Shown piece by piece: positions 1-12,236 of a stretch of 64,000 nucleotides of DNA. The stretch's first letter is position 1. Each line of letters starts with the position of its first letter. Both the position numbers and the translations under genes were made by a program. Source of the stretch: Rhodosorus marinus CCMP1338. Lineage: Eukaryota; Plantae; Rhodophyta. The notes under the pieces were generated by a model. That model saw only the letters and a program-made list of their open reading frames with translations, made no database searches and was not told the origin of the DNA. The stretch spans positions 2,232,001 through 2,296,000 of the forward strand of contig JAMWBK010000006.1 of NCBI GenBank assembly GCA_029953675.1, in the 5' to 3' direction.

Positions 1-1889
1 GAACGAGGCTCACAACTCCGCCTGGTTTCCGGTGCTGCTTGGGCTTTCCGTCAATGTGAAGAGCATCTGGCCTGAAATAGTCTCGGAGGCCCTACAGGGC
101 TTGTTTTCGGTGAGTAAATTCTTTCTCGTGTTTTCTACCTCAGCCGTACGAGAGCAACCCCGGAGTCTATCCACTCATAGGGGGTCGAGGGAAAGGGCGA
201 AGATTCTTATTCGTGAGCTACGGTCGTCAATTTGCCTGCAGATTTTGGAGGAGTACGGTGGAAGCTTTACTCCGGGCTTGTGGACGCTGATCTTCCGAGG
301 TGTGCTTACCCCAATCTTTGATGACGTGAAGCTCCTAACTCAGGGGTCTCGGGACGTTAGAGAAGGTGAGTTTATCCCGCGTCCAGCAGAAAAATGTTGG
401 CCGGTGAACACTGATAACTGAGTTCACATGTGATATTCGTAATGTAGAACGGCAGCTAGAGCCCGTCGCTAGGTGGGCTGCTGGGACTGGGAAAGAGGCC
501 CTCATGAGTCTCTGCAAGGTCGTTCTCAAACATTTTTCTAGGACGAGGCATATTTTCAAGGACTGCCTTTCAATTATTTTCAGCTGGGCGACGGGGGAAA
601 GCGAGTCTCTAAACAAGGATGGAATGGAAGCGGTACGACTTGTTGCGATGGAAGGTAAGGTATCTAACTAGGAGCTTCATCACAACCATTGAGTGCTCAC
701 GGCGAGGACAAATCTTGATTAGGTGGAAAGCTTTTTAAAGCGCAGGAGTGGGACGAGCTGGTTCAATCGCTTTCTCTTGCGTTCAACGAGACGATACCAT
801 ATGATCTTCTGCGGCCGCCAGCGGAGTTATTCTCCGCCAAAACTCCGCCCATTGATCTTGAGAGCTTGACCACAGCTCCTGCTGCACTAGCTGGTGAGCG
901 TCCTGACGCTCCAGAAGTCCAACCCGCGGAGGAGCAAGCCCGTGAAGTCATTGTGCCACCTATTCAAATTGATGGTGGTCTCGAAACCGACAGTGAGACT
1001 TTCGACGATCCTGGCGAGCAGGAGCCCCAGGAGTCAACCTCGATGGAAAAGGATGTTCCGCCAAAGTCAGTGGCAGGGAAACAAGCCTTTCGAGTTGTCA
1101 GAGGAAAATGCGTTGCGCAACTGGACCTTATCTCGCTTGTTCAAGACATGGTTGATGAATTTTATATGAAGCTGACGACGCAGCAGATTCTTGCTCTCGT
1201 GGAGCAGATTTGGAAAAGCTACGAATTCGCCCATAAATTCAACGCAAGCGTCGAGCAGCGATTCGCTCTTTGGCGGACTGGTTTCATGAATCAGGTAAGC
1301 ACAAATCAACGCAGTTTTAGAAACGACCCTACTCCGCTGATCGGCTTGCGTTTCCTAAACAACGCTCTGTTGATACTGGCAGGTCCCGAACTTAATCAAG
1401 CAAGAGACGAATGGAATGCTGGCCTCGTTGAGAATCTTGATGTGGCTTTACGCTGATTCCTACAAGGATCCCAAGGCGAAGGAGCTAGTTTCTGTCAGGC
1501 TGACGTCGCTGTTCGAGGAGCGTCTTGGGTATGTTTTCGAAATTTGATGTTGTTGATTATTTCCTCGGAGTAGCTAGATCTAACCACAGTTGCATGGATC
1601 TCGACTGTCCAGTGCTTTCGTTGAGCTGTCCTCAACAAGCCCTTCGGAAGGGGAGGACCATCGCGAGCTCCTCGCATTGACACCTGTAGTTCTGTTCATA
1701 CTGAGCTGTTTCGAACGGCTACCTGAAGCTGAGTTCGCCAGCCTGTGTGAAAGGTTCTACAATATTTTCTTCGACTTGATGGATACGGATGTCAGAGAAG
1801 TGAGAGCCGCTGCCGTGAACCTGGTTCGAATTCGATTATCCGTTTTGCATGGGTATGCGTCGCTGATTAGTGAACCTTCAGATCCCTAG
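1..1889 (+). CDS. Brefeldin A-inhibited ARF guanine nucleotide exchange factor (BIG/Sec7 family), 3' part; spliced and 5'-truncated by the window
   Basis: Exons give 'LWTLIFRGVLTPIFDDVK' and 'AHKFNASVEQRFALWRTGFMNQ'. After intron ~1295-1382 they read 'VPNLIKQETNGMLASLRILMWLY', matching the C-terminal HDS/DCB region of BIG GEFs. A further intron lies at ~1528-1590. Confidence 0.85.
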
Positions 1890-1936
1890 GCGTCGCACTG
1901 ACACTGTCCTGTGTTCCATGTTTGAAAACGAAAAAG

Positions 1937-2204
1937 ATACCCCACGGAGGGCAAGCAGAGCTACATTCCGCGCTCGCTGTTGCCCAAGACCATAAAGGAG
2001 GACGTGTTGGGAATATCTGGAGATGGTGGTGGACTTCAGCTCTTGAACGAAAAGCTTGCTGTGATACCTGGTATTTACGGTCTCAGGACTGAGAAGCTAT
2101 CTACCGGAGAAACACGCGTATACGTCTACGGAGAAGCAAAGTTAGAAGTCATCCTCTCCACAATCGCAACCATGTCAGAGGGTGTATCCGTTACTATTCT
2201 CTAA
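1937..2204 (+). CDS. HMA/ferredoxin-fold-like segment without CxxC; probable terminal exon of the BIG gene
   Basis: The open frame has no in-frame ATG until near its end. A GTATGC...AG intron at 1853-1936 would join it in frame to the BIG exon. The sequence 'EDVLGI...LQLLNEKLAVIPGIYGLRTE...TRVYVYGEAKLEVILSTIATM...VSVTIL' has a beta-alpha-beta-beta-alpha-beta pattern. Confidence 0.45.
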
Positions 2205-2259
2205 GTGCACATAGAAAACAAGTGTTTATGAGGGCGGAGGGGTCGGGATACGAAACATA

Positions 2260-2673
2260 CTAACTATCGTGAGGCTCGATCAGGTGTTGTAAATTGCTGT
2301 CAAATGAAACAACATAGTATATACCGAAAACCGTGAAATAGCACGAAAATTGCACAAGTGTGAATCGTGGGTAGGTGACCAGGTACCCAAATCCCCGGCA
2401 GGGTTCTTCAATTCTGTCTTTACCTCGATCAGAGTTCGGACGGAGTAACTGGACTGGATCTACCAGAAGATTCCCTGCACTACCCGATTCCTTGTACAGA
2501 AAGGTTTGAATGTCATGCGGCTTCAACGCATCGAAAAGCGTCAGAGCCTCTGACTTTGCCACCATTGCCGACAGGTATGGGTGTGAGAGCTCCGGGGGGG
2601 AATGGGGCATTGCTGCATACCCCATTGAATGGACGAGCGCCAATGTGATGATGATAAAAATTCGAAGGGTCAT
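2260..2673 (-). CDS. Small putative secreted protein (137 aa, intronless)
   Basis: True ATG start, signal-peptide-like N-terminus (MTLRIFIIITLALVHSMGYA), no family recognised. Confidence 0.45.
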   Translation of the reverse strand: MTLRIFIIITLALVHSMGYAAMPHSPPELSHPYLSAMVAKSEALTLFDALKPHDIQTFLYKESGSAGNLLVDPVQLLRPNSDRGKDRIEEPCRGFGYLVTYPRFTLVQFSCYFTVFGIYYVVSFDSNLQHLIEPHDS

Positions 2674-3829
2674 ACTTGATTTTGGGGCACAAGATAGGGC
2701 ACAAGCTCAATGGAACGGGCCTCATCATGAATTCGTTTAGTATACACATGAAAAAGTTGTCCCACCATGAAAGGCCTTTAATACGGCAAAATTGCAAAAT
2801 AGTTCGACGTCCAGGACTGAAAAAGGCTCAAAATCCAAGATCAGGGACAAAAAAGACTAGGAAGCTAATCAAGTTATGTCGAATTCCCCATTGAAAATGA
2901 GTTATTGATCTGAAGTTCATTATAGAGACGGACCTGCTTGAGAAGCAGCAGATTCGGAAAAGGCACTGCCAGACATGCAAGCTCCGCTTCACCGCCTTCT
3001 AGAAACCCAAACCAAACCCGCACATCAAGCAATGGGGCATTAGAATCCTGACGAGCTTCTTGGAATCGGCGATAGTGTTTGACAATGAGGCCATCATTTC
3101 AAAATCGTTGAAATCTAAGCCAACCTTTAAATGGGGCATGCCCCGCAGGCTAACCTTTATTATGCGAACAGAAAGGCTCCCGCCAAAATATATGGCAAAA
3201 ATCGTTCCCGCTTAAGTTTTATAAAAGGTACAATAGACATAAAAATATCAGTTATATTCGATTATTGTGAATATTTTAGTGTTATACTTCCAACGTTCAT
3301 TGAGAATTACCCTATTAAATAAGTCAGTAATTTATTTATGGATTTTTATATTTTGATGCTGGTGGAAAATTGCGGGAAAGTAGTGTTTCACATGTGTCCG
3401 GGTGGGTGATTGGTATTGTAGGCATAGCGTGGACGGGAAAGGATGTCGAACGGTTCCTCTCAGCGACCTTTTCTCTCCGTCTTTGGAATAGAGGTGAGAA
3501 AGGCTGAGTGGAGGAGTAATTTGGGGATGCACTGTTTGATTAGAACGCTGGATTGCTTTTTGTGTGTTAGTGGGAATGGCTACGTCCACTTTCACCCCAG
3601 GATGGTCTGGTGAGTGGCCGCGTCTCACAAGGGCTTTGCCCTTGAATTTCTTTCGGACTTTGGTCTGGCCTGTTTTATTTACTATGCGATTGTTTTTGAC
3701 ACTTCCTGTTTGTTGGCCGCAGGTTACGTACGAGATTTGTTCTCCTTCTGCCTTAAGGGTAAGACTGCTGGCCAGAAGCGAATTCGCGCTGAAGAAGACA
3801 CGGATCTGCCTGGTTGCCACACCGCGGCC

Positions 3830-6800
3830 ATGGATGCGGAGAGGATGACGCAGCAGAAAACTTCCGAGTGCTCTTCTGAGGGAACAAGCAATCCGAAAAA
3901 GAGACGACGTACTTTCCTGACAATTTTTGCATCTGACGCGCTAGGACCCAATACGGTACTCCAGAATCTGGGGTTTGGGCCCCGACGCTTGCCGGGCTTC
4001 GAAATCCCGCCGTCTCCTCCTAAAATCAAGGCAAACGTAATCGAAATGATTGACTCTGCAGAACAGGATATGAACGACCAGAGCTGTGTACAGACGCATC
4101 CGGAGAGTCCGGCATCCCAGGAAAAAGTGGGAGGCTGCATTGGTGTGGGCAAGAATTCCGGCTCCACAAGCGCATGCCAGAGTCATGAAATCGCGCCCGC
4201 TTATGCTCAAGTTGTCAGCAGAAATAAGATGCCATCTTCAGATGACGAAATGGACGGTGAATCTCGTCGTGAAGAGGAGGAAACTCAGTCTCCGAACTTG
4301 ACGATTGATGAAACCACGGAGCATTCCACGGCCAGCTCATCGTCGTCGCGGAAGGATCAGAAGAGCCGTGGTTGTGTGGGACTAGATGAAGCACCCACAG
4401 AGGTACGCATCAAGGACAAGAGAGACAACGAGGAGGTGGTCTCCAATGCTCGACGGGAACGAAATGCAGCGCTGCAAGTCGTCATCAGGTCGGATCGAGA
4501 AAGCGGAGAAAGAAGCCCTTCGAGTGTTGAACCAGAGCACAGGGTACACAGCGCCCGTGCAAAGACGCTGGTGTCGTCCTCTTCTGAAGAAAACGATCAC
4601 TTTTCGAATCGAGAGGAGAAGATAGGCCCACATGAGAATAGTGATCCCAACTCCAAGGGGTCGCGTTCTCAGAGTAACACTTTGGAAAAGCCCACTAGTC
4701 TAACATCTGCGGAACTGCTGGGTGGAGCACCATTGGGAAATGACTCTGCAGTTGATTCAGAGGTTGCAGCTGGCATCCGAGGAGAGACTGGTGAGAATGA
4801 GGCTAGAGATATTAAGGGGCAAAGGGAGAGCAGAGGGGACGACTTTAAGGTTGTTCTGAGAGAAAATAGGCCAGAGGCGGGTGCCGTTGATGGGTCTAAT
4901 GACGAGCCGAGATCAGAAGGTGCTGACGGTGGGCAAGTGCAATCGTCAAAAGTCAGCGAGAAGGACAGGAGCAAGCATTCGAATCCACCCAGGACTGAGC
5001 AGAACGAAAGAGTAGATGCCAGCCCTCGACTGGTCGCGGAGGAGAGGAAAGCGCAGAACCTTGGCTACGGAGGTATCGCCCAGAACTACTCCAAACCGGC
5101 CGAGGGACTATGCGTCGCTTACTCACAGGAGGTCTTCCCCCGTAAGAACCATTTGACGATCAAGCAGAACCTAATCCGTTCTCCAAGGAAGCTGGGTGCT
5201 GAGTTCCGCGGAATGCCGTTGAAGGCGCAGGATTCCCGGACGGCCTTCCTGAGGAACACTACTTATGCATTTCCCAAAGGATCACACCGAAATTCAATTG
5301 CAAAGCATGGCAGAGTTTCTCCACAGAAGAAATCCACTAACCGCGGCCGCACGGGAGGACTGTTGCATCTGATGCGGGTGATTGAGGACATGCTCGATGG
5401 CACGGGTCTAGACTTTGTGGACGAGGAGCTTCTCATCCGTGCGACTGATGACCAGCGCAGTATCGTGCTCAATGAGCTCACAAACCGATGCATCTCCGAG
5501 GAAAGCCAGAGAAGGGTGATCCTTGGAGGGTTTTATGAGACCCTTTGGCATTGGCTCGACAACGGCACTCGTCGACGAGATTGGAGCTGCATGCAGGAAA
5601 TTCTGATATTCCTAGAGAAAATGCCAATGAAAAAGGTGGGGCCTCTCTCTTCCTCCGAGCGGCATTAGCGGTGGATTCTCCCGGTCTAACCATGTCTATC
5701 CTGAAACAAACGCAGGAGTCCGTAGGCCAGCCTTCAGTGCTTATGCTTGCCGAACGATTGAAAGCGATCGCCGCTATGGAGAGCAACCCGAGTGACCATG
5801 ACGTTGTTCAACCCTGCAAGGGTTCCCAAATTAAAGTTGCCGAGAGAGCTTCGTGTCTATACAAAAACTGGCTCGAAGTTGCTGAGCAAGCTCAAATGCT
5901 GAGAAAACTAAGGTACTGGTGACCTGCTCAATGACCACTCTTCAAACGCCTCGCTGAATCTCCGGCTTATTCTTTTCTAGTTCCTGTCTAAAGAGGAGCT
6001 TCTCGTTGAAACGCAAGAGTGGTGGTATCGAAGACACACCGCGCTCCCCAGTTGACTCAGTAGCGAGGCGAGGGATCTCACTGAGAGGCAATATTGAGGA
6101 CTCTCCCGGCGCTTCCTCGTTTCTGGATCTTCCCGTAGGTTCTTGCAAGCACTCACGAAGCCAGTGAATTTATTTCTGAATTCAGCTGTTCTTCTACCAC
6201 TTCACAGCAGTTTCAGAATGAACTCAAGGATCCGATGGAGTACTCCAAACTGATTAGCGACGCGTATCTCTTTGGAGATGTACTTCCAGGCTCGTTAGGC
6301 AGCAAGGACGGGAAGAAGCGTGTTGTCTGGGCTGAATCCCGGATATCCAGAGAATACGACTCGACCGATGCTCATACCGACGGTTTTCGAACGCCAGAAC
6401 GCTCAGTGCATGAGAATGTCGCAAGCGATGATGCGGTGGAGAGGCATATTACTAATTCTGATAGTTTGATCAACATGACGAAGAAGCGGATTTCAAGAGA
6501 GACGTCAGTTCCTACTTTTGCAAAAGCGAACAGACGCAGTGAGAAGCAGGGTGAACTGCACTTCGGCAGGTTCAACGACAGAAAGGACCCGGTAAACATG
6601 CTCTACTCCGGGCGCGAGCTGGAGGCTCTCTCTCCCAACAACTCCTTGACTCCCAGCCAGAGACCAAATCTAGAAAAGCTATCCAGGTCAGCTCAGAGCT
6701 CGCGTATTGTTTCCGCCATGAAAGATATGCAAGCGTCATTCGACAACGAGGACCCGTCAAAGGTCATGCCGTTTTCGCATGGCTCTCTGAATAGAAACGG

Positions 6801-6882
6801 ATCAGTTGCCAGACCATCACTATCTAAAGTGCCCATCAAGCTCGGCTACCATCGTGTTTCGACAACTTGTTCACGAAGCTAG
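3830..6882 (+). CDS. PNUTS/PPP1R10-like nuclear PP1-targeting protein (long disordered N-terminus, TFIIS N-terminal domain, RVxW motif); 3' end uncertain, may reach ~7098
   Basis: The TFIIS-N/LW-like helices 'GFYETLWHWL...ILIFLEKMPMKK|ESVG...ERASCLYKNW' span an intron at ~5635-5715. The PP1-docking motif 'KKRVVWAE' lies at ~6310-6335. Confidence 0.65.
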
Positions 6883-7753
6883 CTACGAACACCGGGACAA
6901 AAGTACTATTGTAACCAATACCCGCTGATTTCCTTTCTACTAACTCTTAGTCCAAGTTCAATAAATTCAAAAGAGAGGCGCAGAGGACAGACCCTGTACT
7001 TCGCAGCGCCAGACTTCAGTTTCATCGTGCATGACAGTCACTTTCCTTCAAGCCAACCCAGCTACTCTTCAAATCTCAGTGACTTTGCGGCTCACTAAAC
7101 TGCTTAATCCACCAAACAAACCGCTGCTTCAGAAGGTTCCAGGGACCAAAAGCGGAGGCTCCCCCCCACCCTACACGTGCAACTTCACACTCTCAACCAA
7201 GGCTTGACCCAAAAGAAGAAAAATTTCAACCTTCCAGTGATGTCCAAAAAACTCACACCAAGGGTTTTACTCTAACTCAAGCCAATCATAGTTTACATAG
7301 CCAAGTCATGCTGCACGTAGCTCCGCGATCCACCTGAAGAACTCAAAGCCACAGGATTTCAGTGTCAGCCTATTTCCAAAACCCTCAATTTTTTCTCAAC
7401 CATGAAAAGACAGTCTGTCTAAATGACAGACTGTCTTTTCGTCCGAATCAGTTTGCTTTTTTAAATAAGCAACTGTGTGGATCGGACTGATGAAACCCAT
7501 GATCGGTTCTTGATCGGGATCTGCTTCCGGTAGGATGGATTGGGTGTGGGAGGCTGCTGAGAAAGATGTTACTACTGGTTGCATAGCTGATAAACTCGTA
7601 TTGATCGATTTGGTGGAGTGTTTCGATGTGTGCTTCGTGTGTTTATAGATCTTTGCTTGTTTGGGCTTGGAGTGGTTTTTTGTGGTCGTGTTTTTTTGTT
7701 TTTTTTCTGGCTCGATGGGTGAGAGGAATGGGAAGCCCAGTGGCAAGTTGGGA

Positions 7754-8504
7754 ATGGCAAGAGCGGAAGGTGATAATGGGACGTATGTGGATATCGTCAC
7801 GGAAGATGTTGTGTTCAAGAGATACGGAGCTGTCCTGGATAGATGCGTTAGATATCCGGGAGGTGAGTTGGTGAAGTTCGATATTTGGTCAAAGTACGGA
7901 GCATATCATGTCGTTGTGTCCGCTTATGGATTGAGATCGCTGAGATTTGCTCTCGTCTATGGAATAGGAACTGGCGGAACAACAACGAGTTTTGCCAGTG
8001 CGTCCCTTATGACTCGAGGACAAACACCGTGACGATGATACGAGAGTACTTTCCAGCTCAGCATAAATTTCACTACGGGTTTCCCGGAGGAAACGTTGAG
8101 GATAAACACGGGTCACCGCTCTCTGCAATTCAAGCAGAGCTTGAAGAAGAGGCGGGCTTGTATGGAGGAGAGTAGGTATTCGATCACGGCTCCGAGAAAC
8201 CGAAACCCCTCACCTTACATTGCTCAAGTGGTCTGACCACAGGTGGTTCCCGCTACTGGACGTCGGGAAGGCAGCTCCGCAGGACAAGTATCAAGAAGAC
8301 TGCCTCTACATGTATGTTGCGGTCGACTCACAAGTGAAGGAGGCAGAGACCTCCACCGATGTAGAGGAGCTCATCACGATCGAGCACGGAGTGCCAATTT
8401 CAACAGTGCATGACAGAATATACAAGGGGGAGCTGCAGGCTAATGGAATCGCCACTTTCCTCCTGGCACTCCGCCATCTTAAGTTGTTGGAGTATCCAGT
8501 GTAG
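7754..8504 (+). CDS. Nudix hydrolase (ADP-ribose pyrophosphatase-like), 3 exons
   Basis: Nudix box 'GGNVEDKHGSPLSAIQAELEEEAGL' preceded by 'VTMIREY'; introns at ~7894-7967 and from ~8174. Confidence 0.85.
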
Positions 8505-8569
8505 CTTACACAGACCTGACCTTTGTCAGCGGGACAAAGGAGGTGCAAACTGTTGTACAATTGTCTATA

Positions 8570-9308
8570 CCATTTCATAATACTGATCAATGTTCGTTGC
8601 GGGGCCTGCGCGCCAAGCTTACGCAAGGGTTTTTCCCAGAACAGAATATGAGCTGTTTTAGGCTTAAAATCGTTGTCGGTACTTACTCGGCAGCGGCCGT
8701 AATACACTACATAGAAGAAGTGGCCTCCCTAAAGTTGCTAGTAGGGCGCGGTCCTGATACCTTCTTATCCATGTGAAAATCGCGGCATGCTCTCACTGAG
8801 CTTTGTCTCCATCGAGGATTCTCCTTTGGAAGAGCCTCAGCAAACGCCAGAGTTTCGTCACGGCGGGTAATCTTGACTTGATCCGGCAGATGAGTCCCTT
8901 GCCCATAGAGCGGACGTGCGAAAATGATCTGCCCATACATCCGTACGAGTGCTTATTCCGTATCGAATACGCGTAACTATTGATGATTTGCCGCTACCCG
9001 TCAGGGCTGTAATTTACCCGTATGCGGGTTGATTGCCTGAGCAACTAAATTTTTCTGCATGAACGCCCAGTCCCGTGCTACACGGCCCGTGCTACGCGGA
9101 CTGCCGGCTTCATCAAGTTTTGTCGGTATCGGTGACTAAGCATGCATTTCTTCCACGGCGAAATTCCACGCTCTGCCAGGGGTGCTCTGCCCGGTCGATG
9201 TGGCGCAACCTGTGCATGTTCATTCTGCGCCTTGAGGCCACTCCAAGCAGATCCTGTCGGCAGGTACATTTCCGGGCTGCTGTCCATGCCTTTTTTGAGT
9301 CCGGTCAT
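8570..9308 (-). CDS. Hypothetical spliced protein; boundaries uncertain
   Basis: Three plausible GT-AG introns join minus-strand frames into a continuous product (MTGLKKGMDS...RDWAFMQKNL...MYGQIIFARP...CRDFHMDKKVYYGRCRVS...TAHILFWEKP). No family recognised. Confidence 0.3.
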
Positions 9309-9475
9309 ATTCTTTATTCTAGGTATACCTAGTCTACTTTGCAACATTTTACGCACCCAATTGACTGATGTACCGGAAAGGAATTGCTACGAGACAATTA
9401 TCAATCAATATACTGCAACTTTACCAAAACTAGATACTCTCTCCCTAAGCTGAGGCATGATTTGTGCCGACGAAG

Positions 9476-9529
9476 CATGAGTCCCGCATGGTCCATTAGT
9501 CCTGCACTGTCCATGAGTCCTGCATTGGT
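9476..9529. repeat. Imperfect 3 x 18-nt tandem repeat
   Basis: Units catgagtcccgcatggtc / cattagtcctgcactgtc / catgagtcctgcattggt. Confidence 0.8.
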
Positions 9530-11556
9530 TGGACAATGCGGGACTATGGAGGTGACGTAACAGCAAGTCAGCAGCCGCTTTGCGTTTTTTTGTATAGGTT
9601 TCATTAAAGAAAAATTGAAACATTACAGGACGCACAGCCCGCAAAAGGGTGGGATAGCCTCCTTTTTTTTGGTCCGCGTTCACCCAGGTTTAGAAGGGCA
9701 AAGAAATCCAAGGTCCTGAGAATCATGAATTCTTTACAGAAGGCTGATGATGAAGAGCGGTGCCTCCCTGCGATTCTAGAACGGAACGCCAACAACAATC
9801 GACGAATTTTGTGGCGGAGCATATGGAACAAAAAATATGTATGAAAAATTGAGGCGGATTCAGCAAGTGGGCAGAGCGCAAGTTACCTTAACCCCAATGA
9901 TTCTGATAACCACGCTCCCTGCGGAAGAATGAAAAAATACACGATTCCTCGGGATCCAGACTAGGCAGCATTATTGACCAAATGAAGGCCTGAAACGCAC
10001 TGCTACATGCGCTGCTACTGCGCGTTCATTGTTAAGTTTTCTAAAATAAATTAGGTGGGCTGATCAGGAGAGAGGACTATATCCTTAAAAAATATTTAAA
10101 TCTTTAGGTCGTCAGGAAAGGAAACAAAGCTATTGGCTTGTGAAGAGTTTCCTGACTTGATATTCTGACCAAAGCGGAGAAACTCCGAAGTTCTCATGAT
10201 AACGTCCCATCAAATAATACATAAAACTTTATCAATGACACTCTCTCGTGAAACCCTTGTATTGAATGAAAAAATGTGAGAGGACACTTATGTTTACTCT
10301 AGGAGAGAGCTAGAAGGGTTAGAAAACCAGATGTTTGAGGGAGGTGCGAACGAACAGCAAGGCAGACCGCTAGTATTTCTATTGAACAAGCAATGTATAA
10401 AAAGGTAGTTTGACGCTTATTTTACGAACATTCTCCGAGGCTTTTTCTCCGCTTTGCAAAAATTCATTTAGATTTTACTCTCTTCAAGGAAACCTCGTTC
10501 GAAATTGAAAATAGCTTATTTTTGTACAAAAGTTCACGAAAACATCGTCACGATATGTATCCCTACAGTATCGATTTGTTATTTAAAAATCGTTCACTGG
10601 AAATGACCAGATTTGAAAGGCTGACAGGGGCAAATTTCTTTCTTACAAACAGGTATTGTTCTTTCGCCGAAGCCAAATTGTTTTAGGGGTAGGAACTCTG
10701 ATTCTCTTGGATGGAATGGTGCAGATTGAACTTTACCCTCCTCCCATATTTACCAACAAAGAGTTGTCCAACTCCACCGTACAGGGAGAGCATGGTCTGA
10801 TTGAGTACATCTTTCCTTCAAAATTTGTTTTGTTTTACATCTTCTCCAGATTGAGATGTTCTAGAAAGGGGTATTTTCCGCGGAAGAAAACTTGTCGTTA
10901 CTTCCTCTGAAAAGGGGGCTGTTGAAATCAAGCTTACTAGCAAGTGCAACTCGGCATACCAGGGGGTTATAGAGTGTCTTGTTCGTACGCATATGAGTTG
11001 ATTGATCTAGTTGTAGTTTCCCATGGCATAGCAACCACTTTCCCCTTCCTCTCCCTCCCCCGGGCTCCGGGTGAAGCGCTTTTTTTGCTGGACGAGAAAT
11101 CTGGTGCTCTCTTTCTCCGTGAAGCTTTTTTCTTTCCTTTTCTGAAGTGCAACAGCGGGGATACGCAAGCGGGGCTTGAAAGCAGGTGCCATGTACAAAG
11201 AGCGAGCTTGTTAACATATCGGCGGTCCGCTCGAGGGGCGAGCGTAAGGGAGGAGGTAGCCCTGCAACGTAAAGCACCTGATTCCTAGGGAAGGGCGACA
11301 GCCGTGGTTTTTGGGCCGGCAAATGCTTTGTAGGTTGTGATCCCGTGTAACTGTACACTGCATACGGCGAAGCGGCGAAGCTGGGCTTTGCTGTACCCTA
11401 ATCCTTCTCAACCGAGGAGTCCGTTTTACAGTGGTTTATATATACAAGGGTCGGAGTGTGCTGCAAGTGAAGGATCCACAGAGGTGGTCGACATGCGAAC
11501 AGTTCCGTCGTTTCTCGGGGTAGGACTTGGTTGAGGTTTCGCACAAGATCAGCGAG

Positions 11557-12236
11557 ATGGTTAGCGTCGAGATGGTTTTAAATCCCCAGGGACAGGGTAA
11601 TGGCACGGATGAAATGATTGGGAGGATGATCAGGCACTTTCACGCCTTCCGGCAGCCAATGGCGGCAGCGAGCCTGGGTGAGTATGCGTCTCCACCAGCG
11701 GAGCCCCGCGATGAGGCGAGCGCTGCAAGGTCAAACGAGGTACGTAGTCGATCAAATCTCACCCTTGGGGTTTCCCCGCACTTTTTGAGGTCGCGACGGC
11801 TCATGAGGTCTGCCTGTTCAATCTTGTCCAGGACTCTGCCCGTAGAGGAACTACTGGCAGTGAGGCGATAACTGGGGATCAGGAATCCCTGAAGCGAGGA
11901 AGTACTAGTGAAGGGAGTAGGGCGTTGTCTGACGGGGATGGCAAGGGAAAATTCGAGTGCAAGCTCTGCTCCAAACGGTTTTCTGTGAAGCCAAACTTAC
12001 GGCGACATCATGCGACTGTTCATCTGAAGCAGAAGCCGTATGCGTGCTCAAGGTGTGATCGAACCTTTGGGCACAAGAATGTGTTGGACAACCACATAAG
12101 ATGTGTACATAAGAGGATCAGACCGTTTTCTTGTGATCTGTGCGGGAAGTCGTTTGGCTTCAAGGTTGTGTTGAAGAGCCATATGAAGGCGATTCACAAG
12201 GTAGACTTCAACTCGATGGAGATTGCGGAGAAGTGA
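11557..12236 (+). CDS. C2H2 zinc-finger protein with three C-terminal fingers
   Basis: Fingers CKLC...HHATVH, CSRC...HIRCVH and CDLC...HMKAIH with KPYAC/RPFSC linkers. An intron at ~11739-11830 joins the upstream ATG exon in frame. Confidence 0.9.

Noticed and set aside
8707-8790. 'DFHMDK' as a possible HxD motif of a TET/JBP or other 2OG-Fe(II) dioxygenase
   Set aside because: Too little sequence follows for the distal His and the rest of the double-stranded beta-helix; no other supporting motifs.
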